This document shows positions 1 through 7,999 of a DNA stretch of 32,000 nucleotides, one piece after another (the first letter of the stretch is position 1; each line of letters starts with the position of its first letter). The stretch is from a bacterium. Lineage in GTDB: Bacteria; Zixibacteria; MSB-5A5; GN15; FEB-12. The notes beneath the pieces were generated by a model that worked only from the letters and a program-made list of their open reading frames with translations, ran no database searches and was not told the origin of the DNA. The position numbers were made by a program, and so were the translations under genes. Where the stretch lies: positions 299,080 to 331,079 of the forward strand of contig JAHLKV010000005.1 of assembly GCA_020444475.1 (NCBI GenBank), in the 5' to 3' direction.

Positions 1-438
1 GTACCAACTTCCGAACTCGCTTGGATGACTTGCAGATAAGTTCCCCGTATTGGACGAACTGTGCAGGAGCCTCTCGGATCCTCGCACGAAGCTGATAGCC
101 TCTCAACTACATGAACTGATGAAGGGTTAGGCGAGACTCGTTCAGTGATTTGCACCTGTGGTTCTCCGGACTTAGCAATGCAGATGCGCGGGATCACGTA
201 TCGGTGGAAACAGGACGAGTACCGAGGCAAGGAGTTCGACGACCACACGCACCTGGGTTCCGTTGTGAAGCGTTCGAAGAAGTGAACGGGGTCAGGTACC
301 ATCTGGTATCCTGTGACTACCTGGGTTTCGCACCCAAGCTCATCGTGGAAACATAGAATGCTCTTTGTGGTTGTTCAGACGCGCAGTATATTCGGTCAGA
401 AACGTTAGGAATCCCCTTTTCCGGGCCTGAATCGCCAC

Positions 439-543
439 ATGACTTCAGACACTGATTCATCGACTCAGCCGACTCAGAATCGCCAGATTCGAGTCTTTGT
501 CTCCGTCACCTTCTTGTTTGAGGAGATACACCGGATTGTCTGA
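439..543 (+). pseudogene. 34-codon relic resembling the first strand/helix of a DUF4062-type domain
   Basis: ATG439..TGA543 reads MTSDTDSSTQPTQNRQIRVFVSVTFLFEEIHRIV*. The IRVFVSVTF core parallels IRLFVSSTFTDFKHER at the N-terminus of the 3561..7508 gene. It is far too short to form a domain. Confidence 0.25.
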
Positions 544-655
544 AGACGTACAAACAACCCAAGAGCTACGCTCGTCAGTTGCCGGTCATGTTTGGCACTA
601 GGCGTCATGGAAATCAGAATGATGCAACATTTACGTTCTGATGTAGGAGGTGTAC

Positions 656-2248
656 ATGCTCCCGACTGCAGTTGTGCTCAGCAGGATAAGTCGCCCACCC
701 ACCCGTTCGGATGTACTCCACTGCAAGCAAGTCCGCTTGGAGTTGCTTGGCAATGAGGAACGGGACTACTTCGAGCGGATGTTCCCTCGTTTCTTTGAGG
801 ATGCTCAGGAGCATCCGCGGAGGAGACAAGCAGAAAGACTCGGCCTACGTTGCGAGGAGCCCTACAATGAACGGCGGTTTGGCGTTCGCGGTTTGCCCCG
901 TGGCAATTACTACACTCTCTGCTCACCAGAAACAGGCTTCTCCCAGCAGACGTTGGCTATGGAGCTTCTGGCGTACGCGATAGTACCCCGTGACTTTGTG
1001 GTGGAGGCTATCGACGTTGCCGACCCCGCGGCAGCGGAACTCTTGAGCAGTATCGACAGCGAGATTGCATCGCGCTGCAAGCACTATCAGAATCGCTGCA
1101 TTGTTGTCGTGGAGCGGCAACTTCAGCCAAATGCTGGCGGGTTAGGTAGTCCGAGGGGGATGGTGATCCCTTACCGGATTGCGGGCTTGAATAGGCAGAT
1201 GGTTCTTGATCTTAGACAGAGGGACGCGATGGAATGGCTTCTGCGGATTCTCTGGGAGTATTTCCCCGGGACGCTGTTCCTGAATGTGGAGACTAATCCG
1301 CCGCGGGAGCTTGGCGACCGAAATCTGGGCTCCGCTCTTCCTCCCGTAAGATTCATGGGCGATCCTCGGCAACTGGAGAGAGTGATAAACAGCTCCGAGG
1401 CCGGGAAATTCGACATCAGGAATTGCGGACTCGGAGCAATCTTCGGCAACCGTCATCCGTTCCTAACGCTGCTTCAACTCATCCTGAACCCGGCTCTTGG
1501 CGGGACATCCGTCGACGACATAATTGGGGAGCTTCTTGTTGCCGTTGGCGTGGACTGTCTCGTCTATCCCTCGGCGCGACACGACTGCGGTGCATACTAT
1601 GACGGTAGTGACCTAGTCGCTCATATTGGTTGGCACGCGGTCGATTACAGCAGCTTTGGTTCTTCACCCAACCATCTGGGTACGTACATGATCGATGATC
1701 TTGAATCTTATCTCAACATTCTTGGGAGCATCGAGTTCTTCCCCAGCCGACACGCAGAAGACCCGTGCAGTGTGGATAGTTGGCACCTGCACGGCACAGC
1801 CGCGGCCACTAGGGCTGCGGTTCTCCGTCGAGCATGGCAGTCGAAAATAGAACTGGAAAGTACGGACTTCTCTCTTGAACCCAACGTCATGGTTGAACGC
1901 ACTCCTTGGTTGTCGTACACGCATGGCAACATGAATCGAAAACCGAGAGTGTTTGAGAATTGGTTTGATGTTAGGTTGGCCATTATCACGAAGGAGATCA
2001 ACTTAAAATCATTCCTCCTGAACAAGGATCGGGAACGAACTTCGATCATGGTGGGGGATTTCTTAGTTGCGCTGTCGCAGAATCACGATCTTTGGGGTTC
2101 TGGAATCACTGCAACAGGCTTTGACGAGGACGATTCGTTTCTAACGCAGAACAACGGCGACATTATCTGTCCGGCATGCGGAGATCTTGACAGACAGCTT
2201 ACCCTGTTACGCATGAGACGCTGTTTGCGTTGTGGATTTCCGGAGTGA
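656..2248 (+). CDS. Hypothetical protein with RES-like motifs and a C-terminal CxxC..CxxC zinc ribbon
   Basis: Long ORF. AGGAGG at 645-650 lies 5 nt before ATG656, so ATG656 is preferred over the track's GTG650. Motifs: RRFGVRGLPRGNYYTLCSPE..AMELLAY and VDCLVYPSARHD. C-terminus: CPACGDLDRQLTLLRMRRCLRCG. Confidence 0.8.
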   Translation: MLPTAVVLSRISRPPTRSDVLHCKQVRLELLGNEERDYFERMFPRFFEDAQEHPRRRQAERLGLRCEEPYNERRFGVRGLPRGNYYTLCSPETGFSQQTLAMELLAYAIVPRDFVVEAIDVADPAAAELLSSIDSEIASRCKHYQNRCIVVVERQLQPNAGGLGSPRGMVIPYRIAGLNRQMVLDLRQRDAMEWLLRILWEYFPGTLFLNVETNPPRELGDRNLGSALPPVRFMGDPRQLERVINSSEAGKFDIRNCGLGAIFGNRHPFLTLLQLILNPALGGTSVDDIIGELLVAVGVDCLVYPSARHDCGAYYDGSDLVAHIGWHAVDYSSFGSSPNHLGTYMIDDLESYLNILGSIEFFPSRHAEDPCSVDSWHLHGTAAATRAAVLRRAWQSKIELESTDFSLEPNVMVERTPWLSYTHGNMNRKPRVFENWFDVRLAIITKEINLKSFLLNKDRERTSIMVGDFLVALSQNHDLWGSGITATGFDEDDSFLTQNNGDIICPACGDLDRQLTLLRMRRCLRCGFPE

Positions 2249-2312
2249 ATCCACTTCGAGGTCACTCTTGTTTTGGGGGATACAGGATTGCGATCAACAA
2301 GCGAATGCAGTA

Positions 2313-2334
2313 GAACGTCCCTGATGAGACGTTC
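2313..2334 (+). other. Perfect 7-bp stem hairpin (GAACGTC-CCTGATGA-GACGTTC)
   Basis: Read directly from the sequence. It sits 65 nt after the stop at 2248 and 49 nt before ATG2383. No U-tract follows, so it is not a canonical intrinsic terminator. Confidence 0.3.
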
Positions 2335-2382
2335 CCGATCCACAGCGTTCGGCATCAATGACTTCACGAAAAGGACACGCCT

Positions 2383-2547
2383 ATGGAAGTTCTTGACAAG
2401 TTGTTCGGCAATCGTGGAAATCACTGTGCCCGTTGCGGAAGGTCGATGTCACTGGTTCAAGGCATGATGAGGACGTCGGATTTCATGTCGCGGATTCAGA
2501 GATGTTACCGGTGTCAGGCTTGTGGAAGGCTTACTGTCTACGATTGA
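2383..2547 (+). CDS. 54-aa zinc-ribbon mini-protein (below the ORF-track size cut-off)
   Basis: ATG2383..TGA2547 translates MEVLDKLFGNRGNHCARCGRSMSLVQGMMRTSDFMSRIQRCYRCQACGRLTVYD. It has two CxxC pairs. AAGGA at 2371-2375 lies 7 nt upstream of the ATG. Confidence 0.4.
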   Translation: MEVLDKLFGNRGNHCARCGRSMSLVQGMMRTSDFMSRIQRCYRCQACGRLTVYD

Positions 2548-2752
2548 AGTGATAGTTGAGAACCTTGTTGTTGCTGTGCGCGGCAGTGGTCGGAGCGAAC
2601 CTACTTGGTGTGGTGATGAGCACCTGATTGGGTAAGACTATATGCCCATGCACAAACTGCAATCGCAGCATAGGGTATCACAGACACGGCTCTTTGAGCC
2701 GGCCAAACGAGCCGCTGTCGCGGCACCTCCGGCCGCCTCGCCCGGTGCACGA

Positions 2753-3313
2753 TTAGCCCAACACCCGGCTCCGCCAGCCGCGCTTCTCAACGGCCCTGAC
2801 GTTCTCCACTGGTCCGAGCACTTCCAGATACTTCAGAAGCAAACGAAGCTCATCATCCGCCGGATCCCCCTCAAACGGTCTGACGATTACGCCATTGCCA
2901 TAGTTCTTGGCCAGCTTCTCCGGGGAATCATCAATCATGATAATACGCTCTCTCTGAAACCCCTTACGCGTGAGCTTCTTCAGGTCCTTGCCGGACACGG
3001 GCACTCCGGCTTCCGGGTCATACCGTCGCGCACAGTTGGACGCCGACCAGACAAACGCCAACCGCTCCGGTCCCCCCAGCAACTGCCTCACTACTGCGTC
3101 GGCGTATAAAACGCCTGAAGATGACCAGACACCCACCGCAAACCAGTCCAGGCAGGTCTGGAGAAACTCATCAACTCCCGGTCGCTTGTAAACGTAGTAG
3201 TCGAAAACGCGGAAGTCCCACCTGTTCGGCAGGGGCGTCTCCACGGCATGAATCAGCGTCTCATCGAGGTCAAGTACTAACAGTTTGTCGAATCGTGGCA
3301 TGAGGTGATCCAT
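2753..3313 (-). CDS. HAD-superfamily phosphatase of the FCP1/SCP (NIF, NLI-interacting-factor-like) type
   Basis: LVLDLDETLIH (DxDx(T/V) with the FCP1-type DLDETL context), followed by YVYKRPGVDEFL and MIDDSP. The start is uncertain: ATG3313, ATG3301, or the track's GTG3382. Confidence 0.85.
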   Translation of the reverse strand: MDHLMPRFDKLLVLDLDETLIHAVETPLPNRWDFRVFDYYVYKRPGVDEFLQTCLDWFAVGVWSSSGVLYADAVVRQLLGGPERLAFVWSASNCARRYDPEAGVPVSGKDLKKLTRKGFQRERIIMIDDSPEKLAKNYGNGVIVRPFEGDPADDELRLLLKYLEVLGPVENVRAVEKRGWRSRVLG

Positions 3314-3560
3314 CAACGAGTCCGCCTGCTTCGCAGTTATATACGCAGAGGCGCGGTCGGGGTCAAGTCTATCACATGGCACGGGCGCGTTTGATGACAG
3401 CAGAGAATCCTTGACGAATGGCTACATATTTGTCTATGTTTCGGTATCGTTGCGGCGCGCTACCTGGTCAGTTCCCCGGGCCGTAACGCAGGGGTATCCA
3501 CTGCAGCTGGGCGGGCAAGGGCGCGGGTCAATCAAACTGCTCATAAGAGATCATACGATC

Positions 3561-6500
3561 ATGACGGACAACCAAGTACTCCCTCGCCATCGCCCCATCA
3601 TCCGGCTCTTCGTCAGTTCGACGTTTACTGACTTCAAGCATGAGCGCGATGTTCTTCAGCGCGAAGTCTTCCTGAAGCTGGAACGACACTGCGCAAAACG
3701 GCAGTTTCAGTTTCATGCGGTCGATCTGCGCTGGGGTGTTCCTACCGAGGCCAATAAAGACCACCGCACCATGCGCATCTGTTTTGAGGAACTCCGTCGG
3801 TCGCAGGAGATCTCGCCTCAACCTAATTTCTTGATCCTGATGGGTAACCGCTACGGCTGGCAACCCCTGCCCGAAGAGATCTCTGAGGACGAGTTCAACC
3901 AACTCCATCGGGTAGCCTTGCCGGATCGGGAGAGAACGATACTTGGAGAGTGGTACAATCGGGACGACAACGCCCTCCCCCCTGTCTACATCCTTCAATC
4001 CCGCAAGATCAAGCGTAATGACGGCCGGGACTACACCGATGACGAGGTGTGGAAGGGAATCCAAAGTACACTATGGGATATTATCAATCGCGCCTATCCG
4101 GATAACGGACTCGCCGAGCGTTTCGCCCATCACGTGGCACTCGACCAGCCGCTGCCGTCAGTCGTGCGCTTCCAGGCGTCCGCCACCGAGCAGGAAATCT
4201 GGCGCGGTGCCCTCGGAGCGCCAAACACCAAAGAACATGTGCTGGCCTTTATCCGTGAGATTGAGAACCTGGCCGACTTTCCGCAAGCCGACCAGATCGG
4301 CCAGTTTGTCGATGTCGAAAAGCATGAGGTCAACGCGGTTTCGCAGACTGCCCTGAATGATCTCAAGACCGAAGTCATCAAGAGGCTTGGAGACGGCAAC
4401 ATAATCACGAGCGATCCGGTGCGACTGCTGTTGGCGACAGACAGGGATGGCAGACCATCGGCTGACGTTTCCACCGAGCACCTGCCGGAGATGTGCACCC
4501 GCATCTATACCGCTCTGGAGAGCATCATCGACCGGCAGATGAATGAATACTGGGACACCGAAGGTACCGATGTGGCTCCCTCGCGATTACTCGAGCTGGA
4601 ACGCAACGAGCACCGGCTTTTTGGCCGGGAGCGGGCGCCGATTGAGTCCTTTGTCGGGCGGCAGCGGCCTCTTGAGACTATCGGCGACTATATCAACAAC
4701 CAAACTCAGGGGCTGCTGGTGATTCATGGAGCCTCCGGCTGCGGCAAGACGGCGCTATTGGCCCGCGCCGCACAGGAGGTTGCCCCGGAGCGGCATCCGA
4801 TTGTTCGGTTCATTGGTGTGACACCTCACACGTCCGATATCCGCTCATTGCTCAGCAGTCTATGCCAGGAACTGCGGGAGCGCCATCCTATCGACAGCCC
4901 GCTACCCACAGAGTACCAGCCGCTGGCGCAGGAGCTGTTGCAGCATTTAAACGCCGCTACGGCCGAAGAGCCGGTGATCCTATTCTTAGATGCCCTGGAC
5001 CAGCTGGCCGACTCCGATGACGGCCGCTCCCTGCACTGGCTGCCGACCGATCTCTTGCCTGAACATGCGAAAGTGATCGTCTCTTGTCTCTCCGAGCGCG
5101 CCCCCGAGGATCCGGCCGGACGGCCGTATGCCGCACTCAGGGAGCGCGTACTCTCGGACAAGAACTTCATTGATCTTGACGCGCTGGCTCCCGAGGAAGC
5201 CCGGGAACTTCTTTTTGATCGTTGGCTTCCGCAGGCGGGACGACGGCTCGATGCCGAGCAGTCCGAAACTGTCGCCAGGCAGATGGAAAAGCAAAGCTGT
5301 CGGGCGCCTCTCTATTTGAAGATTCTTTTCGAAGAGGCCCGCCTGTGGCGCTCATCTGAACCTGTGCCAGAACTGGGAGACGATGTCCCGGCACTGCTTG
5401 GTGATTTGCTTGATCGTCTCGGCGATTCTTCCAACCACGGGATAACGGTAGAACGCGCGCTCGGCTATATCGCGTCGGCGCGTCGGGGCCTGGCGGAATT
5501 GGAGATTCTGGAGGTCCTTTATCGCGATCCGGAATACAGGTCATTCCTCGACCGAGTCACAGAAAAGACCGGTCATACCCTGCCGGACATTCCGCCTCGG
5601 ATACCGATTGCCATCTGGGCACGACTTCGTTCTGATCTGGCGCCGTATCTGTCCGAGCAGGCCGCGCCCGGCGCCACCGTGCTGAACTTCTACCACCGCC
5701 AGATGTCTGAAACGGTGCGGGGAAGGTTTCTCAAAGGTGAGAAGAGATGCCGGCATTTTCACACGTCGTTAAGTGAGTATTTCGATAGCAGGAATCTGGA
5801 TTCGCGCAAAGTTGATGAACTCCCCTGGCAGCTGGCTGATGGGACAGCCTGGCAGAGGCTGTATGAGCTGCTGTCCGATGCGGACTTTCTTAGGGCTATA
5901 TGGATTTATAGTGGTTATGATGTCAAAACTTATTGGGCACGCATTGAAGAGTCCTCGAACCTGACACAGCTCAACGGCTATAGAGATGCCATAGAGTGTC
6001 CAGAATCAGAGCCCGACAAGAAATTCCTCGGGACGATAGCACTGCTGCTTTTCGACACGGGTCATCTTGACGAATCGTTCGAACTCGCACAGCACCTAAT
6101 AGAATACCATCGGCAGGCTTATGACGCTCGCAGATTCTTGGCATGCCTTACTCTGCAATCGAACATACTTCAGTTGCGCGGACGGTTCATAGAGGCCCTC
6201 CAGTCGCTACAGGAGGCAGAACAGTTTTCTCGGCAAATAGGAGACAAGACAGCCATAATGATCAGCATAGGCAACCAAGCCCCGATCTATTTGTCGCAGG
6301 GCAATCTTGACTGCGCCATGGAGAAGAGCCAACAGCAAGAACTTATTAGCCGGGAACTTGGTAGCATGAGCGGACTTCAGGCCAGTTTGGGAAACCAAGG
6401 GATGGTCCTGTATCGTCGTCGCGACTTTGACGCTGCTATGGCGAAGTTCAAGAACCAGACATCGATCTGCCGAGAATCGGGTAACATGACCGGGCTCTCA

Positions 6501-7508
6501 ACTAGCCTCAACAATCAGGCTTTGGTCCACATGGCTCAGGGAAATCGGGATGTGGCGCTCAGACTGCATGAAGAAGCAGCGCGCATCTGCCTTGCACTAG
6601 GTGACAAGGATGGTCTGCAGGCGAGTCTGGGGAACCAAGCCGAGATTCACGGAGCACGAGGGGATCCCGACAAGGCGATATCACTGTTGTCCCACCAAGA
6701 GTTGCTATGTCGGGAACTAGGAAACAAGGGCGGCTTACAGGTCAGCCTTGCGAACCAAGCGAGTCTACACTATAACCGCAACAACCTTGAGAAGGCGATG
6801 TCCGTACTAAAGGAGCAGGAACAGATCTGCAGTGAACTTGGAAGCAAAAAGGACCTTCAGGCTTGTATTGGCAGACAGGCTGCTATAGCCTCGAAGCAAG
6901 GTAACCCTGATCGCTCATTGATGTTACTCATGGAAGAGGAGCAGCTTTGCCGTACACTTAATGATAGACACAACCTACAGTCCAGCTTAGGCAATCAAGT
7001 CTTGATGCTGTACGAGATAGGAGATTTCTGCGGCGCCATGACGAGATTAAAGGAGCAAGAAACACTGTGCCGCGAACTGGGGGAACAGAAAGCACTGCGA
7101 GATAACCTTGCCAGGCAGGCCGGAGTTCACTATGCGCTTGGTGATCTCAATAGCGCTATGGATGTGCTTGAAGAAGATGAGCAACTGTGTGTTGAGCTAC
7201 AGGACATGGAAGGACTCCAAGAGAGTCTTGGACATCAGGCAAAGATTCTCCATGAATGGGGAGAACTTGATACGGCGATGATGGCATATGGGGCGCAAGA
7301 GAGTATTTGCCGTAGGTTGGAGAAGTTAGATAGCTTGGCCAGATCCTTGAAACGTCAATCTGAGATACTGTGTGAAACTACGCAGTTCCATAAGGCTTCG
7401 AGGAAGGCGAGGGAAGCCTTCGAATTGGCCTCACGACACGGTTTTTCTGATCTTCGCTTGGAGATCGAGGCTGTTCTTAAAGAGATACGACAACAGATAG
7501 ACGAATGA
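3561..7508 (+). CDS. STAND NTPase: DUF4062-type N-terminal domain + P-loop NACHT-like module + 40-aa TPR-like repeat array
   Basis: N-terminus: IRLFVSSTFTDFKHERDVL. Walker A GASGCGKT at 4728-4751. Walker B ILFLDALDQ near 4977-5003. Ten in-register 40-aa repeats plus a cap follow. ATG3561 is preferred; the track start at 3411 is a TTG that only adds non-domain residues. Confidence 0.9.
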   Translation: MTDNQVLPRHRPIIRLFVSSTFTDFKHERDVLQREVFLKLERHCAKRQFQFHAVDLRWGVPTEANKDHRTMRICFEELRRSQEISPQPNFLILMGNRYGWQPLPEEISEDEFNQLHRVALPDRERTILGEWYNRDDNALPPVYILQSRKIKRNDGRDYTDDEVWKGIQSTLWDIINRAYPDNGLAERFAHHVALDQPLPSVVRFQASATEQEIWRGALGAPNTKEHVLAFIREIENLADFPQADQIGQFVDVEKHEVNAVSQTALNDLKTEVIKRLGDGNIITSDPVRLLLATDRDGRPSADVSTEHLPEMCTRIYTALESIIDRQMNEYWDTEGTDVAPSRLLELERNEHRLFGRERAPIESFVGRQRPLETIGDYINNQTQGLLVIHGASGCGKTALLARAAQEVAPERHPIVRFIGVTPHTSDIRSLLSSLCQELRERHPIDSPLPTEYQPLAQELLQHLNAATAEEPVILFLDALDQLADSDDGRSLHWLPTDLLPEHAKVIVSCLSERAPEDPAGRPYAALRERVLSDKNFIDLDALAPEEARELLFDRWLPQAGRRLDAEQSETVARQMEKQSCRAPLYLKILFEEARLWRSSEPVPELGDDVPALLGDLLDRLGDSSNHGITVERALGYIASARRGLAELEILEVLYRDPEYRSFLDRVTEKTGHTLPDIPPRIPIAIWARLRSDLAPYLSEQAAPGATVLNFYHRQMSETVRGRFLKGEKRCRHFHTSLSEYFDSRNLDSRKVDELPWQLADGTAWQRLYELLSDADFLRAIWIYSGYDVKTYWARIEESSNLTQLNGYRDAIECPESEPDKKFLGTIALLLFDTGHLDESFELAQHLIEYHRQAYDARRFLACLTLQSNILQLRGRFIEALQSLQEAEQFSRQIGDKTAIMISIGNQAPIYLSQGNLDCAMEKSQQQELISRELGSMSGLQASLGNQGMVLYRRRDFDAAMAKFKNQTSICRESGNMTGLSTSLNNQALVHMAQGNRDVALRLHEEAARICLALGDKDGLQASLGNQAEIHGARGDPDKAISLLSHQELLCRELGNKGGLQVSLANQASLHYNRNNLEKAMSVLKEQEQICSELGSKKDLQACIGRQAAIASKQGNPDRSLMLLMEEEQLCRTLNDRHNLQSSLGNQVLMLYEIGDFCGAMTRLKEQETLCRELGEQKALRDNLARQAGVHYALGDLNSAMDVLEEDEQLCVELQDMEGLQESLGHQAKILHEWGELDTAMMAYGAQESICRRLEKLDSLARSLKRQSEILCETTQFHKASRKAREAFELASRHGFSDLRLEIEAVLKEIRQQIDE
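6135..7334 (+). repeat. 10 tandem in-frame 120-bp (40-aa) coding repeats
   Basis: Units follow the pattern LQxSLGNQAxxxxxxGxxxxAMxxxxxQExICRELGxxxG and stay exactly in register. A divergent terminal cap occupies 7335-7505. Confidence 0.85.
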
Positions 7509-7551
7509 GAGGCTCCGATTCCGGCAAGCCGCAAACAATCAGGACCCTAGT

Positions 7552-7848
7552 ATGGAGCATTGTAGCCAAGCAAATGATCTTTTTAGTTCTCGCAATAATT
7601 ACGGGGCGATGGCGCCTCTGAAAGAACAAGAGAGGATCTGCCGCCAGCTGGGGAATGTGAAGGGCGTGGCAATATCGCTTGCCAATCAGTCCATCATCCT
7701 GGCCAAAGCGGGTCGGGTACAGGAAGGGTTGTCAAAGATAGAAGAAGCTCATCAGATGGCAGTCAAGTATGGTTACGCGGCTGTCGCGGCCCAAATCGAG
7801 CCAATGCTCTACGCCATCCGCCAGGCCGCGGAGGGGAGCAAACAGTGA
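7552..7848 (+). CDS. 98-aa stand-alone repeat/cap protein, paralogous to the C-terminus of the upstream STAND protein
   Basis: YGAMAPLKEQERICRQLGNVKGVAISLANQSIILAKAG.. follows the same 40-aa repeat grammar. The tail AAQIEPMLYAIRQAAE mirrors LRLEIEAVLKEIRQQIDE. AGGA lies 7 nt before ATG7552. Confidence 0.6.
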   Translation: MEHCSQANDLFSSRNNYGAMAPLKEQERICRQLGNVKGVAISLANQSIILAKAGRVQEGLSKIEEAHQMAVKYGYAAVAAQIEPMLYAIRQAAEGSKQ

Positions 7849-7999
7849 GGAGCCAACCGTACCCCAATCCCCGTCGCCAGAATAGACTCCATCCTGTATC
7901 TTTAGTGCAGGACCGGATGGTCACGCAAGATTCGTTGCGGATATGCGTGTGAGGCCAGAACCACAGTCCGGGCGTTGGCGCCCAGGAAGGAAATGATCG

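Noticed and set aside
150-356. 68-aa plus-strand ORF at the left edge
   Set aside because: It has no ribosome-binding site or recognisable motif, and its composition is unremarkable. A different frame of the same region gives an equally plausible 35-aa ORF. Nothing supports coding.
2320-2327. CUGAUGA, the hammerhead-ribozyme core motif
   Set aside because: The heptamer sits in the loop of the 2313-2334 hairpin. No stem II hairpin followed by GAAA, and no cleavage-site strand, can be drawn around it. It is a coincidence.
2642-3109. 155-aa plus-strand ORF
   Set aside because: It is entirely antisense to the HAD phosphatase gene, which carries a clear DLDETLIH signature. It is an Ala/Pro/Arg-rich shadow ORF.
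3376-3398. Perfect TGGCACG hexamer upstream of the DUF4062-STAND gene, considered as a sigma54 promoter
   Set aside because: At the required spacing the -12 position reads CGTT, not TTGC. The nearest TTGA is 2-3 nt out of register and lacks the GC. It fails the GG-N10-GC rule.
3411-3560. N-terminal extension of the STAND ORF from the TTG at 3411
   Set aside because: It adds 50 residues with no domain content. The conserved domain begins right after ATG3561.
6135-7334. Regular 120-bp periodicity (and 126-bp periodicity at 13114-14499), considered as a CRISPR-like or satellite array
   Set aside because: The periodicity is in-frame protein repeats (40-aa and 42-aa TPR-like units) with divergent DNA. 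There is no repeat-spacer structure.
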